Part shown: positions 32,505 to 40,800 of the stretch, in pieces
How positions within the stretch are numbered: the first letter of the stretch is position 1
Layout: every line of letters starts with the position of its first letter
From: a virus
Strand: one strand, 5' to 3'
DNA length: 47,242 nt
Virus record (IMG/VR): IMGVR_UViG_3300010376_000014
Location: 1 to 47,242 of that record
Made by a program: the position numbers and the translations under genes
The notes under the pieces: generated by a model
The model's database searches: none
What the model saw: the letters and a program-made list of their open reading frames with translations, nothing else
Told to the model about the DNA's origin: nothing

Positions 32505-33271
32505 TCAGCGTCTTCACTCCCTCCCACAATCCCCTGTGGCTAGATCAATGTCACGAGAGCCTGAGGACCCAGACACTATGGGATTGGGAATGGATCGTGT
32601 TGCTCAACGGTGACGCGGAGTGGGAGTGTGACGATCCCCAGGTCCGGATATATCGGTTCCCACGATCAGGTACGGTTGGACTCATGAAAGCTGTGGCCTG
32701 TACGCACGCTTCTGGCAGTATCTTGGTCGAGCTAGATCATGACGATGTACTTCTGCCTGACGCACTGATGGAAATAGACCGAGCGTTCAGTGAGAATCCG
32801 ACAGCCACACTCGTGTACAGCGACTTCGCCCAAATGTTCGAGGATGGTACGCCGGATGAATCAGATTTCGACTTGAGGAATGGATGGGAGTCAACACCGG
32901 AGTACTATGAGGGACAAACGTATAAGCGCTGGCGTGCTCCCAAGCCGTGGCCCGTGAATGTTGGACTGATCTGGTTCGCGCCTAATCATATCCGCGCGTT
33001 CCGCACATCTACCTACCACGAGGTCGGTGGGTACGACCCCAACAGACGTGTGCTCGACGATCAAGATCTGATGATGCGGCTGTATATGAGAGGACCATTT
33101 ATCCACATCGACAGACTACTGTACTTGGTCAGGGTACATGACGGCAACACTCAAAAAGACCCCGAGCTCAATGCTCAGATCCAATGGGAGACAGTTCAAA
33201 TGTATTGCCAACAGAGGGAGGCACTCCATTTGGCATATATGTCTCATAACGGGTTGATACAATTACAGTGA
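32501..33271 (+). CDS. Family 2 (GT-A) glycosyltransferase (256 aa)
   Basis: MISVFTPSHNPLWLDQCHESLRTQT...LVELDHDDVLLPDAL (DxD). ATGA overlap with the polA stop. Confidence 0.75.
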   Translation: MISVFTPSHNPLWLDQCHESLRTQTLWDWEWIVLLNGDAEWECDDPQVRIYRFPRSGTVGLMKAVACTHASGSILVELDHDDVLLPDALMEIDRAFSENPTATLVYSDFAQMFEDGTPDESDFDLRNGWESTPEYYEGQTYKRWRAPKPWPVNVGLIWFAPNHIRAFRTSTYHEVGGYDPNRRVLDDQDLMMRLYMRGPFIHIDRLLYLVRVHDGNTQKDPELNAQIQWETVQMYCQQREALHLAYMSHNGLIQLQ

Positions 33272-33287
33272 AACAGAGGTCACAGGG

Positions 33288-33512
33288 ATGGCGAAGGTCA
33301 ATAGGACAAAGAGGATTCTCGCTGGGAGGATGCTCCTAGTAGCGTTCCACCACATCAATGCGATGAGGACCGTGTTGTGGCTAGAGGACTTGAACGCTCT
33401 GGGTCTGACTCCTAGTGAGAAAGAAAAGTTGGCAGATATCAATAAGCGAGTCAATGACATAGCTAACGAGGTCAGGGCAATGGGATGGAAAATCAACCGT
33501 GAGAATCTCTAA
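33288..33512 (+). CDS. Hypothetical protein (74 aa)
   Basis: ORF track. Confidence 0.5.
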   Translation: MAKVNRTKRILAGRMLLVAFHHINAMRTVLWLEDLNALGLTPSEKEKLADINKRVNDIANEVRAMGWKINRENL

Positions 33513-34455
33513 CGCGAAGTTGAAGACGTTCCGTCGTTGTGCCAAGCAATACGACTACAAGTACGTCCAACGCCTGAGGTCTAAGCGTAAGGGCGTAGCC
33601 CTCGAGAGAGGATCGTGGATACACGAACTGCTTATGGTCCACAACGATGGCGAGGACTGGCGTGTTCGGCAGGCAGCACTAACTAAGCAGTTCAACAATC
33701 TCTTCGAAGAAGAAAGAGAGGAGCTAGGCGATCTGCCGGGAGAATGCAGTCGCATCATGAAAGCATACCTAAGAACCTACAAGTCGGATGAGCAACGGTA
33801 TCGTGTCATAGATACAGAGATGGACGAGATCGTCACTCTGCCGAATGGGCTGTATCTCGAGGTCATCATAGACGTTATAGTGGAGGACGTGATCGATGGG
33901 GGATTGTGGATTCGGGATTACAAGACAAGGCGAAGCTTCCATGATCCTGCCATCATCATGCGAGATCCTCAACTTACGCTCTATTATTGGGCAGTTGAGC
34001 ACATGGGTTATACGCCGCTACGGGGCGCTATTGTTGATGAGATTAGAACAAAAGCCCCAGCTGTCCCAGAGCTTCTCAAAAGTGGGGGGTTGTCCCGCCG
34101 GAGGAACATCGACACGGATGTCTATACGTACGCGGCGGAGATCCGACGACACGGTCTCTCTATCGAACTCTATAGGGATCATCTTCTCCATATCGCGAAG
34201 AACCAACATGACCGGTTCTTCCGTCGGACCTCGATGCCGAAGGACCCTCCAGTTATCCGAACAACCATGCGAGAGGCGGTCGAGACGGCGCAGGCAATAC
34301 AGATGGCTGAGCGGTACATGAGATTTCCCCGCACACCGGACTTCACATGTGAGCACTCCTGTGAGTTCAAAGATCTCTGTCTTGTGGAACTATATGGGGG
34401 CGATGGGTCTTCGTTGATCAAAATGAACTTTGAGGTGAGCAAGCGTGGCGACTAA
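33499..34455 (+). CDS. PD-(D/E)XK Cas4/RecB-like exonuclease with 4-Cys cluster (318 aa)
   Basis: N-terminal KLKTFRRCAKQY. IIDVIVED...WIRDYKT. QLTLYYWA. C-terminal CEHSCEFKDLC. Confidence 0.7.
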   Translation: MRISNAKLKTFRRCAKQYDYKYVQRLRSKRKGVALERGSWIHELLMVHNDGEDWRVRQAALTKQFNNLFEEEREELGDLPGECSRIMKAYLRTYKSDEQRYRVIDTEMDEIVTLPNGLYLEVIIDVIVEDVIDGGLWIRDYKTRRSFHDPAIIMRDPQLTLYYWAVEHMGYTPLRGAIVDEIRTKAPAVPELLKSGGLSRRRNIDTDVYTYAAEIRRHGLSIELYRDHLLHIAKNQHDRFFRRTSMPKDPPVIRTTMREAVETAQAIQMAERYMRFPRTPDFTCEHSCEFKDLCLVELYGGDGSSLIKMNFEVSKRGD

Positions 34456-35218
34456 CCAACGGTCACAGATCCAAGCAGTTAGGAAGAGAATCGTTCCTGT
34501 GGCTCAAACTTCGCCCTATATCAGAGCACTATTCTATGGGTATAATGGACGTGGTAAGACGCGCCTAGCAGCCACAGGACCGAAGGCGTTGGTGGTCGAT
34601 ATCAACGAGAAGGGCACAAAGTCGATCAGGAGCTATACAGGTGTGGATCTATTCGAGACAGAAAAGTGGGAGGACGTCACTTACCTGTACTGGTTTCTTA
34701 GGAGTGCTGATCATTCCTACGAGACCGTGGTTATCGACACCGCGACTTCCCTGGCTGATGTGTGCCTGTCCCACGTGCTCAAGGAAGCGGGAGATAGAGA
34801 TCCTCTTCGAGACCCTGCAACAGCGTCTCAGCGAGACTGGGGTAAAGTCGCTAAGCTTATGGGCGACCTCATCCTACGATACCGAAACCTCCCAATGCAC
34901 GTCGTCTTTCTCTCCCAAGTCCGTGCTGTTGACGATGAAGAGTCAGGTGAGACTCTCAAAGTCCCTGATCTTTCACCGAAGCCAAGAGGTATCCTAATGT
35001 CAGCGGTTGATATAATTGGTTATCTCTACAAAACGGAGGTGAGAGTAGTCAATCGCAAAACGAAGCGTGAGACGAAGGACTGGGAGACGCGGCTCCTAAC
35101 AGGACCGCATAACATTTACCCAACGAAGGACCAAACCGGCGCACTACCGAGGATCATGAGGGCGCCAACAATGCCACAGATCATAGAACTCAACAACAAC
35201 GGAGGTAGCAATGGCTAA
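34445..35218 (+). CDS. RecA-like AAA_24/Sak4-type ATPase (257 aa)
   Basis: Walker A YGYNGRGKTRLAAT. Walker B-like TVVIDTATS. Followed by a DUF669-like gene, as in Sak4 modules. Confidence 0.6.
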   Translation: MATNQRSQIQAVRKRIVPVAQTSPYIRALFYGYNGRGKTRLAATGPKALVVDINEKGTKSIRSYTGVDLFETEKWEDVTYLYWFLRSADHSYETVVIDTATSLADVCLSHVLKEAGDRDPLRDPATASQRDWGKVAKLMGDLILRYRNLPMHVVFLSQVRAVDDEESGETLKVPDLSPKPRGILMSAVDIIGYLYKTEVRVVNRKTKRETKDWETRLLTGPHNIYPTKDQTGALPRIMRAPTMPQIIELNNNGGSNG

Positions 35219-35768
35219 GGGAGGCGGACCCATCGTCGACTTCACTGGGGTACAATCGGGTGGAGGTCGCCCGCGTATCCCGGAGGGCGATCATCTCGCA
35301 AAGGTCGCGAGTGTCAAGCAGGAAACGTCATCCAAGGGTAACGAGATGCTCGTATGGCGCTTCGAGGTCAGCAATGGGCGTGGGCGAGGAAAGGTGCTAC
35401 AGACGTACACGTCCTTGAATACTGAGGCGCTTTGGAAGCTCCGAGGGTTGCTCGAAGCGTTAGGGGTCGCAGTTCCTGACGGACGCGCACAACTGCGTCT
35501 GAAGAACTACATCGGCAAAGAGATAGGCATTACGGTAATCGATGAGGAGTACAATAACAGGATCTACTCCAACATCACAGACTTCATCTCTGCCGATTCA
35601 CTAACCGATGAAGACGTGGACGATGAGGAAGAGGACGAAGAAGAGGAAGAGGAGGATGAAGAGGAAGAGGCAACTCCTCCACCGAAGGCTAAGAAGTCCA
35701 AGAAGGCTAAGAGACGCGAAGCCGAGGAGGAAGAGGAGATCGAGGACATAGACCTCGACGAGTTGTAA
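35211..35768 (+). CDS. DUF669-like putative ssDNA-binding protein with acidic C-terminal tail (185 aa)
   Basis: Position after the Sak4-like ATPase. Long D/E tail ending IEDIDLDEL. Confidence 0.5.
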   Translation: MAKGGGPIVDFTGVQSGGGRPRIPEGDHLAKVASVKQETSSKGNEMLVWRFEVSNGRGRGKVLQTYTSLNTEALWKLRGLLEALGVAVPDGRAQLRLKNYIGKEIGITVIDEEYNNRIYSNITDFISADSLTDEDVDDEEEDEEEEEEDEEEEATPPPKAKKSKKAKRREAEEEEEIEDIDLDEL

Positions 35769-35816
35769 AGACGTCACCCACGCAGTGCTCATGTAAACCA
35801 GACAAGGAGAAAGCGT

Positions 35817-36143
35817 GTGAAGTTGGCAGCTATCGTCTCTGTGCTCATAGTTCCTTTCCATCAGTCCAAGGCGAGACACTATAACACACGAATGACGCCT
35901 TTGGCATGGTGCGTATCGGGACTAGAATCCAACCATAATTTCCAAGCCGCCACTGGTAATGGATACTATGGGGGGTATCAGTTCGATATACCTACTTGGA
36001 GATGGGCGCAGAGACTGATGGGTGTCTGGTACGCAACACGCGCAGATTGGGCGTCAGTTGCGCAGCAGACAGCCGTGTTCAACTACTACGAGCCCCGATA
36101 CCCTGGAGCATGGCCACGGACGGTGCCTGCTTGCGGAGGATGA
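35817..36143 (+). CDS. Rpf-like transglycosylase-domain protein with N-terminal signal/anchor (108 aa)
   Basis: CVSGLESNHNFQAATGNGYYGGYQFDIPTW...GAWPRTVPAC matches the resuscitation-promoting-factor domain signature (ECES..TGNGYYGG.QF..W...WP.C). Confidence 0.75.
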   Translation: MKLAAIVSVLIVPFHQSKARHYNTRMTPLAWCVSGLESNHNFQAATGNGYYGGYQFDIPTWRWAQRLMGVWYATRADWASVAQQTAVFNYYEPRYPGAWPRTVPACGG

Positions 36144-36144
36144 T

Positions 36145-36447
36145 GTGACGGAAGCGGATCTTACCCGGGACATCCTCAGAGCGCTCAACAGCATTCCCGA
36201 CACTTTCGCGTTCAAGATACATGGCGGCCCCAATCAATATGGTGGGATGTCCGACATAATCTGTTGCCATGAGGGATGCTTCTTCGCTATGGAGGTAAAG
36301 TTACCGGGTAAGGAACGCAACATTTCAAAGCTCCAAGCGAGATTTCTGCACCACGTCAACGAGGCGGGCGGGGTGGGCATTTTAGTCACTTCTGTGAATC
36401 AAGCTGTGGAGGAGGTCATTTATGGCGAGTCTACAACAGCAGAGTAA
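36145..36447 (+). CDS. VRR-NUC / Holliday-junction-resolvase-like nuclease (100 aa)
   Basis: GMSDIICCHEGCFFAMEVKLPGKE..SKLQARFLHHVNEAGG fits the D...E-x-K...Q VRR-NUC layout. GTG start just after the Rpf stop. Confidence 0.6.
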   Translation: MTEADLTRDILRALNSIPDTFAFKIHGGPNQYGGMSDIICCHEGCFFAMEVKLPGKERNISKLQARFLHHVNEAGGVGILVTSVNQAVEEVIYGESTTAE

Positions 36448-36730
36448 GGGCCTGATTCAAGCACGCAAGACACGCTCCCAAATTGCCAGGTTGTTCGCGC
36501 GTGTGGAACGTGACGAATTATCTGTGACCGAGCTCCTAGGAAGACGCCCATCGTGTCTAGAGAGAATGTCTGTATACGATGTGTTGCGTCGATTGCCGGG
36601 ACTTGATCGAACCGGAGCCGAACGAGTCCTGCGCATATCGAAGATATGGCCACTAACCAAGTGGGCAGATCTCACGATTGAGGATCGTGAGAAGATTCTT
36701 GTGAATCTTCCACCCCGAGTGAAACGCTAA
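36422..36730 (+). CDS. Actinobacterial integration-host-factor (mIHF)-like DNA-binding protein (102 aa)
   Basis: LSVTELLG...MSVYDVLRRLPGLDRTGAERVLRISKI...ADLTIEDREKIL resembles mIHF family proteins from memory. Confidence 0.55.
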   Translation: MASLQQQSKGLIQARKTRSQIARLFARVERDELSVTELLGRRPSCLERMSVYDVLRRLPGLDRTGAERVLRISKIWPLTKWADLTIEDREKILVNLPPRVKR

Positions 36731-36935
36731 CTCGACCACCGCTCGTAAGATCTGATAGAGGAAACGCTCCAACCATCAGGGCACCAATTAGAAGTTCTGG
36801 CCATGGGTCATCGCCTCGGGAAAGCGCGTCGATGATAACGGCCGCCCCTAGCAGAAAGACGCCAACGCGGCGAATGCTAGTCCAAGTTTGCCACCATCGG
36901 AATTTTTTAGGTGGCGCCTCTGATGGCTTCACCAT
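36672..36935 (-). CDS. Membrane protein with two TM helices (87 aa); last gene of the minus arm
   Basis: VGVFLLGAAVIIDAL and LLIGALMVGAFPL. Its 3' end overlaps the convergent mIHF-like gene by 59 nt. Confidence 0.45.
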   Translation of the reverse strand: MVKPSEAPPKKFRWWQTWTSIRRVGVFLLGAAVIIDALSRGDDPWPELLIGALMVGAFPLSDLTSGGRVSVSLGVEDSQESSHDPQS

Positions 36936-36944
36936 GACGGTTCA

Positions 36945-37103
36945 TCACACAAATGGTTCAAGAAGGAACGCAAGCGCTCCGCCAAGAAACCATGGGACCC
37001 AGTTTGCATCCAGTATACGAGTTGGAATAGTCACAGCGATCAGCGCCACGATGATGCAAGCGATAGCTATAAGACGAAGGATATTGGTTCGAGTGATGGT
37101 CAT
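36945..37103 (-). CDS. Small membrane protein (52 aa, MTITRTNILRLIAIACIIVALIAVTIP...)
   Basis: Hand translation. ATGA overlap with the upstream stop. AGGGAG Shine-Dalgarno. Below the ORF-track cut-off. Confidence 0.4.
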   Translation of the reverse strand: MTITRTNILRLIAIACIIVALIAVTIPTRILDANWVPWFLGGALAFLLEPFV

Positions 37104-37801
37104 ACTCCCTGAGCCTTCGCGAGATTAGACAGCAGGTCCCAAGTCTTCGCCGATTGTGAATTACCTCCCATACCACCCAGAGTCGAGAACATATCCGCAA
37201 CCGGTGTAGTCTTAGGTTGACCAGTTGTCCCAGTAGGGAGCAGCTGTGCCTTGAGCGGTCCTACATTCTGAAGAGGACCTAGATTAGCGCCCCTACTACT
37301 TCCACTTCCGCCTCCTCCTGACCCTGTGGCTGATAGCGATCCTGCTGGCGCCTTGTAGCCTGCGGGTATCTTTGGCGTTGGACCTCCTGATGCCTGTGCG
37401 TACAGGCCAGGCAATGAAGGTTCACCAGACGTAGCCCATCCCGAATGCTGAATCGCTGAGATCTGAGCAGCTGGCCCTTGCCCTGCGCTTGACAGGATGT
37501 TACGGATACCTGGGGACGCTGTACCGTATCCGGCGACAGAGTTCTGTCCCTTCAACCATTGGGCTGTCGCTCGACCTGCAGCCACAGGGTTGGACCAAAT
37601 CGCGTCGCCATGTCCGATGCGCGCGCCGGAGTCGACGTTGCCGATATTGAGCCAGTTCTGATCGTTCTGACCTACAGTCTGTTGTGCACCCTGTGGCTCC
37701 TCGTTTATCATCCATCCCTCGATCACATAGGGATTGAGACCGGTGCCCTGGGCAAGAGCCGCAGCGAAGAGCTGCTGATTACGTGAGAGATTGAGTGCCA
37801 T
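37100..37801 (-). CDS. Virion-associated protein of unknown function (233 aa)
   Basis: ORF track. Follows the 1321-aa protein with overlapping stop/start. Confidence 0.45.
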   Translation of the reverse strand: MALNLSRNQQLFAAALAQGTGLNPYVIEGWMINEEPQGAQQTVGQNDQNWLNIGNVDSGARIGHGDAIWSNPVAAGRATAQWLKGQNSVAGYGTASPGIRNILSSAGQGPAAQISAIQHSGWATSGEPSLPGLYAQASGGPTPKIPAGYKAPAGSLSATGSGGGGSGSSRGANLGPLQNVGPLKAQLLPTGTTGQPKTTPVADMFSTLGGMGGNSQSAKTWDLLSNLAKAQGV

Positions 37802-40800
37802 TAGGGATTCAGTGCCGCCTGCTTCGCGAGGTCAGTGTAGTAGGTACTTAGGGCACGATTGACGTTAGTCTGCAGGTTCGATTGGTAACTGCCCAAATTG
37901 TATTGCTTCGGGACGAATGGGAACGCATATTGTCCTAGCGCTGTGCCAATATTGGATACCTTGGGTACTTGCGTGGGAATGATCTTCTCATTGACGAGTG
38001 GGATCGCCTCAGGATATACGGACCTACCACCGGTCATGAGCGTCTCGAGAATACGAGCTTCCGGGAACGAACGAGCCACACTTCCAAGAAATCGCTCGGC
38101 GGGAGAGATACCTGCGAGTGTAGATGCCTCTCGAGGATTATTGGGATCTGTGTTATAGTAGGTGCCATTGACTTCAATCCATCCGCTAGACGGGTCAATG
38201 TATTCCTGACCACCCGTCATTGGATTGATTCCCATAGCAGCCATACTGCCCTGGATAAGTGGATTCAGCTGTCCGAAATTGACGAGCCCAGTTGAGTTGA
38301 GTGTCCCATCGGCATTGACTGGAGACATGACGTCTGATATTGGGTTTAGTCCCTGAAGATTGATGTAGCGCGCCATACCCTGAGAGTTCATGCCAAGAAC
38401 GATCGAGTTCTGCAACCAATCGGGAAGCGGGCCATACTGTTGATTCTGTTCCTCATTGCCCAATTGGCCTAGCATCCGTAGGATATTCGCGCGACCAGGA
38501 TACGTTATCGGTAGCGTCCACGCGAACTTGGAGGCGAACTTGTACCAACCCCAAAATGGCATCCCATACATGGCAAGTCTGCGTTCCCACGGAGCCATCT
38601 GTCCGAACGTGTAGGTCACACGGGACATCTCGTTCAGGACGTGTTGGACTATGTCATTGTGGTTGAGAACGAGTTGATTGATCTTCTCGGGAGTATCGAA
38701 CTTAGTGAATACTTGCCCTGTCTCATCGAGGGAGTTAGCGATCTCGCTCCATCGCCCTCTAGCTGTCTTATCAAGGAGGTGGATAAATGCAGCCTTACGT
38801 TGGAAGTTCATCGTGCTGTGAACCATTGATTGAACACGAGGAGCTATACCGTATCGAGAGAGACCATGTGCGTCTTCGAACTGCGACTCCAACGCTCCCT
38901 GGATCACACCAGCAGGATAGTGGATCTGACGTGATTCATCGAGACCCATTGCGCCAACGTGAAAGCCTTGCTCACCCTTCCTCGCAAGACGAGCCTCCCA
39001 GGTCATGCCTGGAATAGTGTTGATGCCGTTCAGCCACAGGATGGCACCGTGTCCCACTGTCGTGCGGAACCACCATGCCGGCATCATTGCCAACACAGCA
39101 TGGCGCCACTGACCGATGAATGTAGCCTCCAGTCTCCAGAATTTGCTTGTCGTCTTCGCCGACAGTCTCGCATGATCTACGAGTCGGTTGAAGGTTGCTA
39201 CTGGGATCGCGCGGACCCCTTGTCCTGCTGAATCGACTAACTCTCTCGCTGTCTCTTGAGCGGACTCCTCGAGGCCCTCCATGATACTCTCTGCACCTGT
39301 CGCTGTTAGTCCTCCCTCTCTCATTGTGGCTGCCTTGAGAGCCTCGACTACGCTGATAATCGCATGATCCTCAGTCGTCATGAGAGTACGGATCGCATTG
39401 TCAGGAAGAGGTACGTAGTTCTTAGCGGCTGCCTCACTACCTATGTCCTTGATGAACTGATTCCAGTCTGTATATCTAGCCACTGAACCATCGGCGCTTT
39501 TGAAGGACAGTCTATCTAACAGCGGATCACCTAACTGTGTCCCTAATACATGGCGCTCACGCTGCATGATGTGGTTGTAGATGACTCTCTCATCAAGACG
39601 CTCGATGCCCTGCTCGAAAAGGGTGTGGTCAATATCACGAAGGAAACTCGGTGTCTGCACGAAGCCCAGCTGCTGACGATGGACAAGTTGTGCCGGCGAC
39701 TTGGGAGCACTTCTGAATCTACCAGCGAACTCACGCATCGTCATGTCCTCAGGCGCGTTCCATCCACCTCCTCCCGCGAGCTTCCTGATGCGCGCGATGC
39801 GTCCAGTTCCATTTATCAGCTTCAGGTCAGTCGCTGATCTTGAGGGCCAATACGTTGGCGCCCATTCTTCGCCGGGCTTCAATATCGGCGACCCCGCCAT
39901 GAATCGCTGAGCCTCATGAGGACTCATGTATCCGTCACGTACGAGCGCCTGTCCCACCTTCTCGCTTAGTGTCTTACCTGGGAGATAATCAGGATCTCGC
40001 TTACGCTCCGCAAGCGGTATTTCGTCGTGATAATCAGCCTTGAACGACGCTATGGCGTCCTCGATGATCTTCGTCTTTCGAGCCACATTTGGGCCAGGTA
40101 TTGCTGTGGCCAATTGATAATTGAGATGCTCCTCGGGAACGTCCTCACCCTTAGCGTCTATGATCGCCTGCTGTACCTGACTGAGACCTTTCGCTAGCGT
40201 TCCTGAGCGTTTGAACGAATCAGGCATCTTTCCGATCAATGAGTCCACACTCTCTTGTCTTGCTATCGCGTGAGTTCCGAGCATATTCTGTATATGCTCC
40301 CACGGATCAATGCCCTCTTGTGCGAGACCTCTCGCTGCATCTTCATGAAGAGCCTTTGCGAACTCGCTCATGCCTTCTGTGGGATTACCGAAATAATCAC
40401 GGAACGCCGGCTCTGAGAACTGCTTGTCGTAGTAGTTACGAGTGGCGTCTGGTTCCGTGATACCAAGCGACGCTCTCATCGGACCACTGCGTTCCAACTC
40501 AGGTGGCAACTTCGCGATCTCGCCTCTTAGATAGTCCTTCTGATATTGCTCCAAGATTTGAAGAGCTTCGTCCTTATTCTCTGTGCCTGCGAGTAAGCGC
40601 ATACGCATGATCGTGGCATTACGCTTCATCTCGAAGTCTCGTGGACTAAGAGACTCTTTATGAAGATCATCGAGCACTGCCTTGATCTTCTGTATCCGAG
40701 AGAAACCAATGTCCGCAGTACCCGCCTGAACCTGACCTCTTGTGGCGTCGACTGCCCTACCCGCATGGTACTCAAATCGTTTATCGGCAAGTGAGCTATC

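Noticed and set aside
25761-33271. Z-genome (PurZ/DatZ), 7-deazaguanine (DpdA/QueC) or dU-genome (Ugi) systems
   Set aside because: There is no adenylosuccinate-synthetase-like GDEGKG protein, HD dATPase, QueC/D/E, FolE or transglycosylase-like ORF. The presence of a UDG domain argues against a uracil genome.
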